NCBI GenBank assembly: GCA_007693855.1
Contig: RECU01000053.1
Location: forward strand, 21,559-85,558
Reading direction: 5' to 3'
From: Gammaproteobacteria bacterium
GTDB lineage: Bacteria; Pseudomonadota; Gammaproteobacteria; Steroidobacterales; PWYM01
DNA: 64,000 nt
Both the position numbers and the translations under genes were made by a program. Positions 63,129 to 64,000 of the stretch are shown here, piece after piece; within the stretch, counting starts at the first letter, position 1, and each line of letters starts with the position of its first letter. Under the pieces are notes generated by a model. It saw only the letters and a program-made list of their open reading frames with translations, did not search any database and was not told the origin of the DNA.

Positions 63129-64000
<872 letters not shown>

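Overview
GC-rich gammaproteobacterial chromosome segment (gene order resembles Pseudomonas/Xanthomonas-type genomes; the exact lineage cannot be determined from this window). It is mostly core genes: fimV-asd-aroC-prmB, sco-pcuAC-psd-epmA-msrC, efp/epmB, a FimX-like c-di-GMP receptor with a second FimV-like protein, parCE, an aerobic rubrerythrin-FeS oxidoreductase-DUF3501-M14 peptidase operon, xseB-ispA-dxs-folE2, glyA-nrdR-ribD-ribE-ribB-ribH-nusB-thiL-pgpA, ettA, purL, cydABDC, tRNA-Ser(CGA), mltF, tadA and guaAB. I found no integrase, transposase, CRISPR array or rRNA. The best candidate for an undescribed system is a T6SS-independent threonine-phosphorylation network. Its parts would be an orphan TagH-like FHA protein, a non-RD kinase/PP2C pair, a kinase-cNMP fusion, and two FimV-type polar scaffolds whose cytoplasmic tails carry arrays of Thr motifs (six T-x-E-x-P units in one, nine T-x-x-hydrophobic motifs in the other). 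The parts are seen in the sequence, but the link between them is inference. Other notable items are a near-consensus sigma70 promoter with a 7-1-7 Fur-family-like operator upstream of rubrerythrin, a CRP/Vfr-like site upstream of the second fimV-like gene, and about 13.7 kb of accessory genes between purL and tRNA-Ser/mltF. All calls come from reading motifs by eye; no database searches were run.
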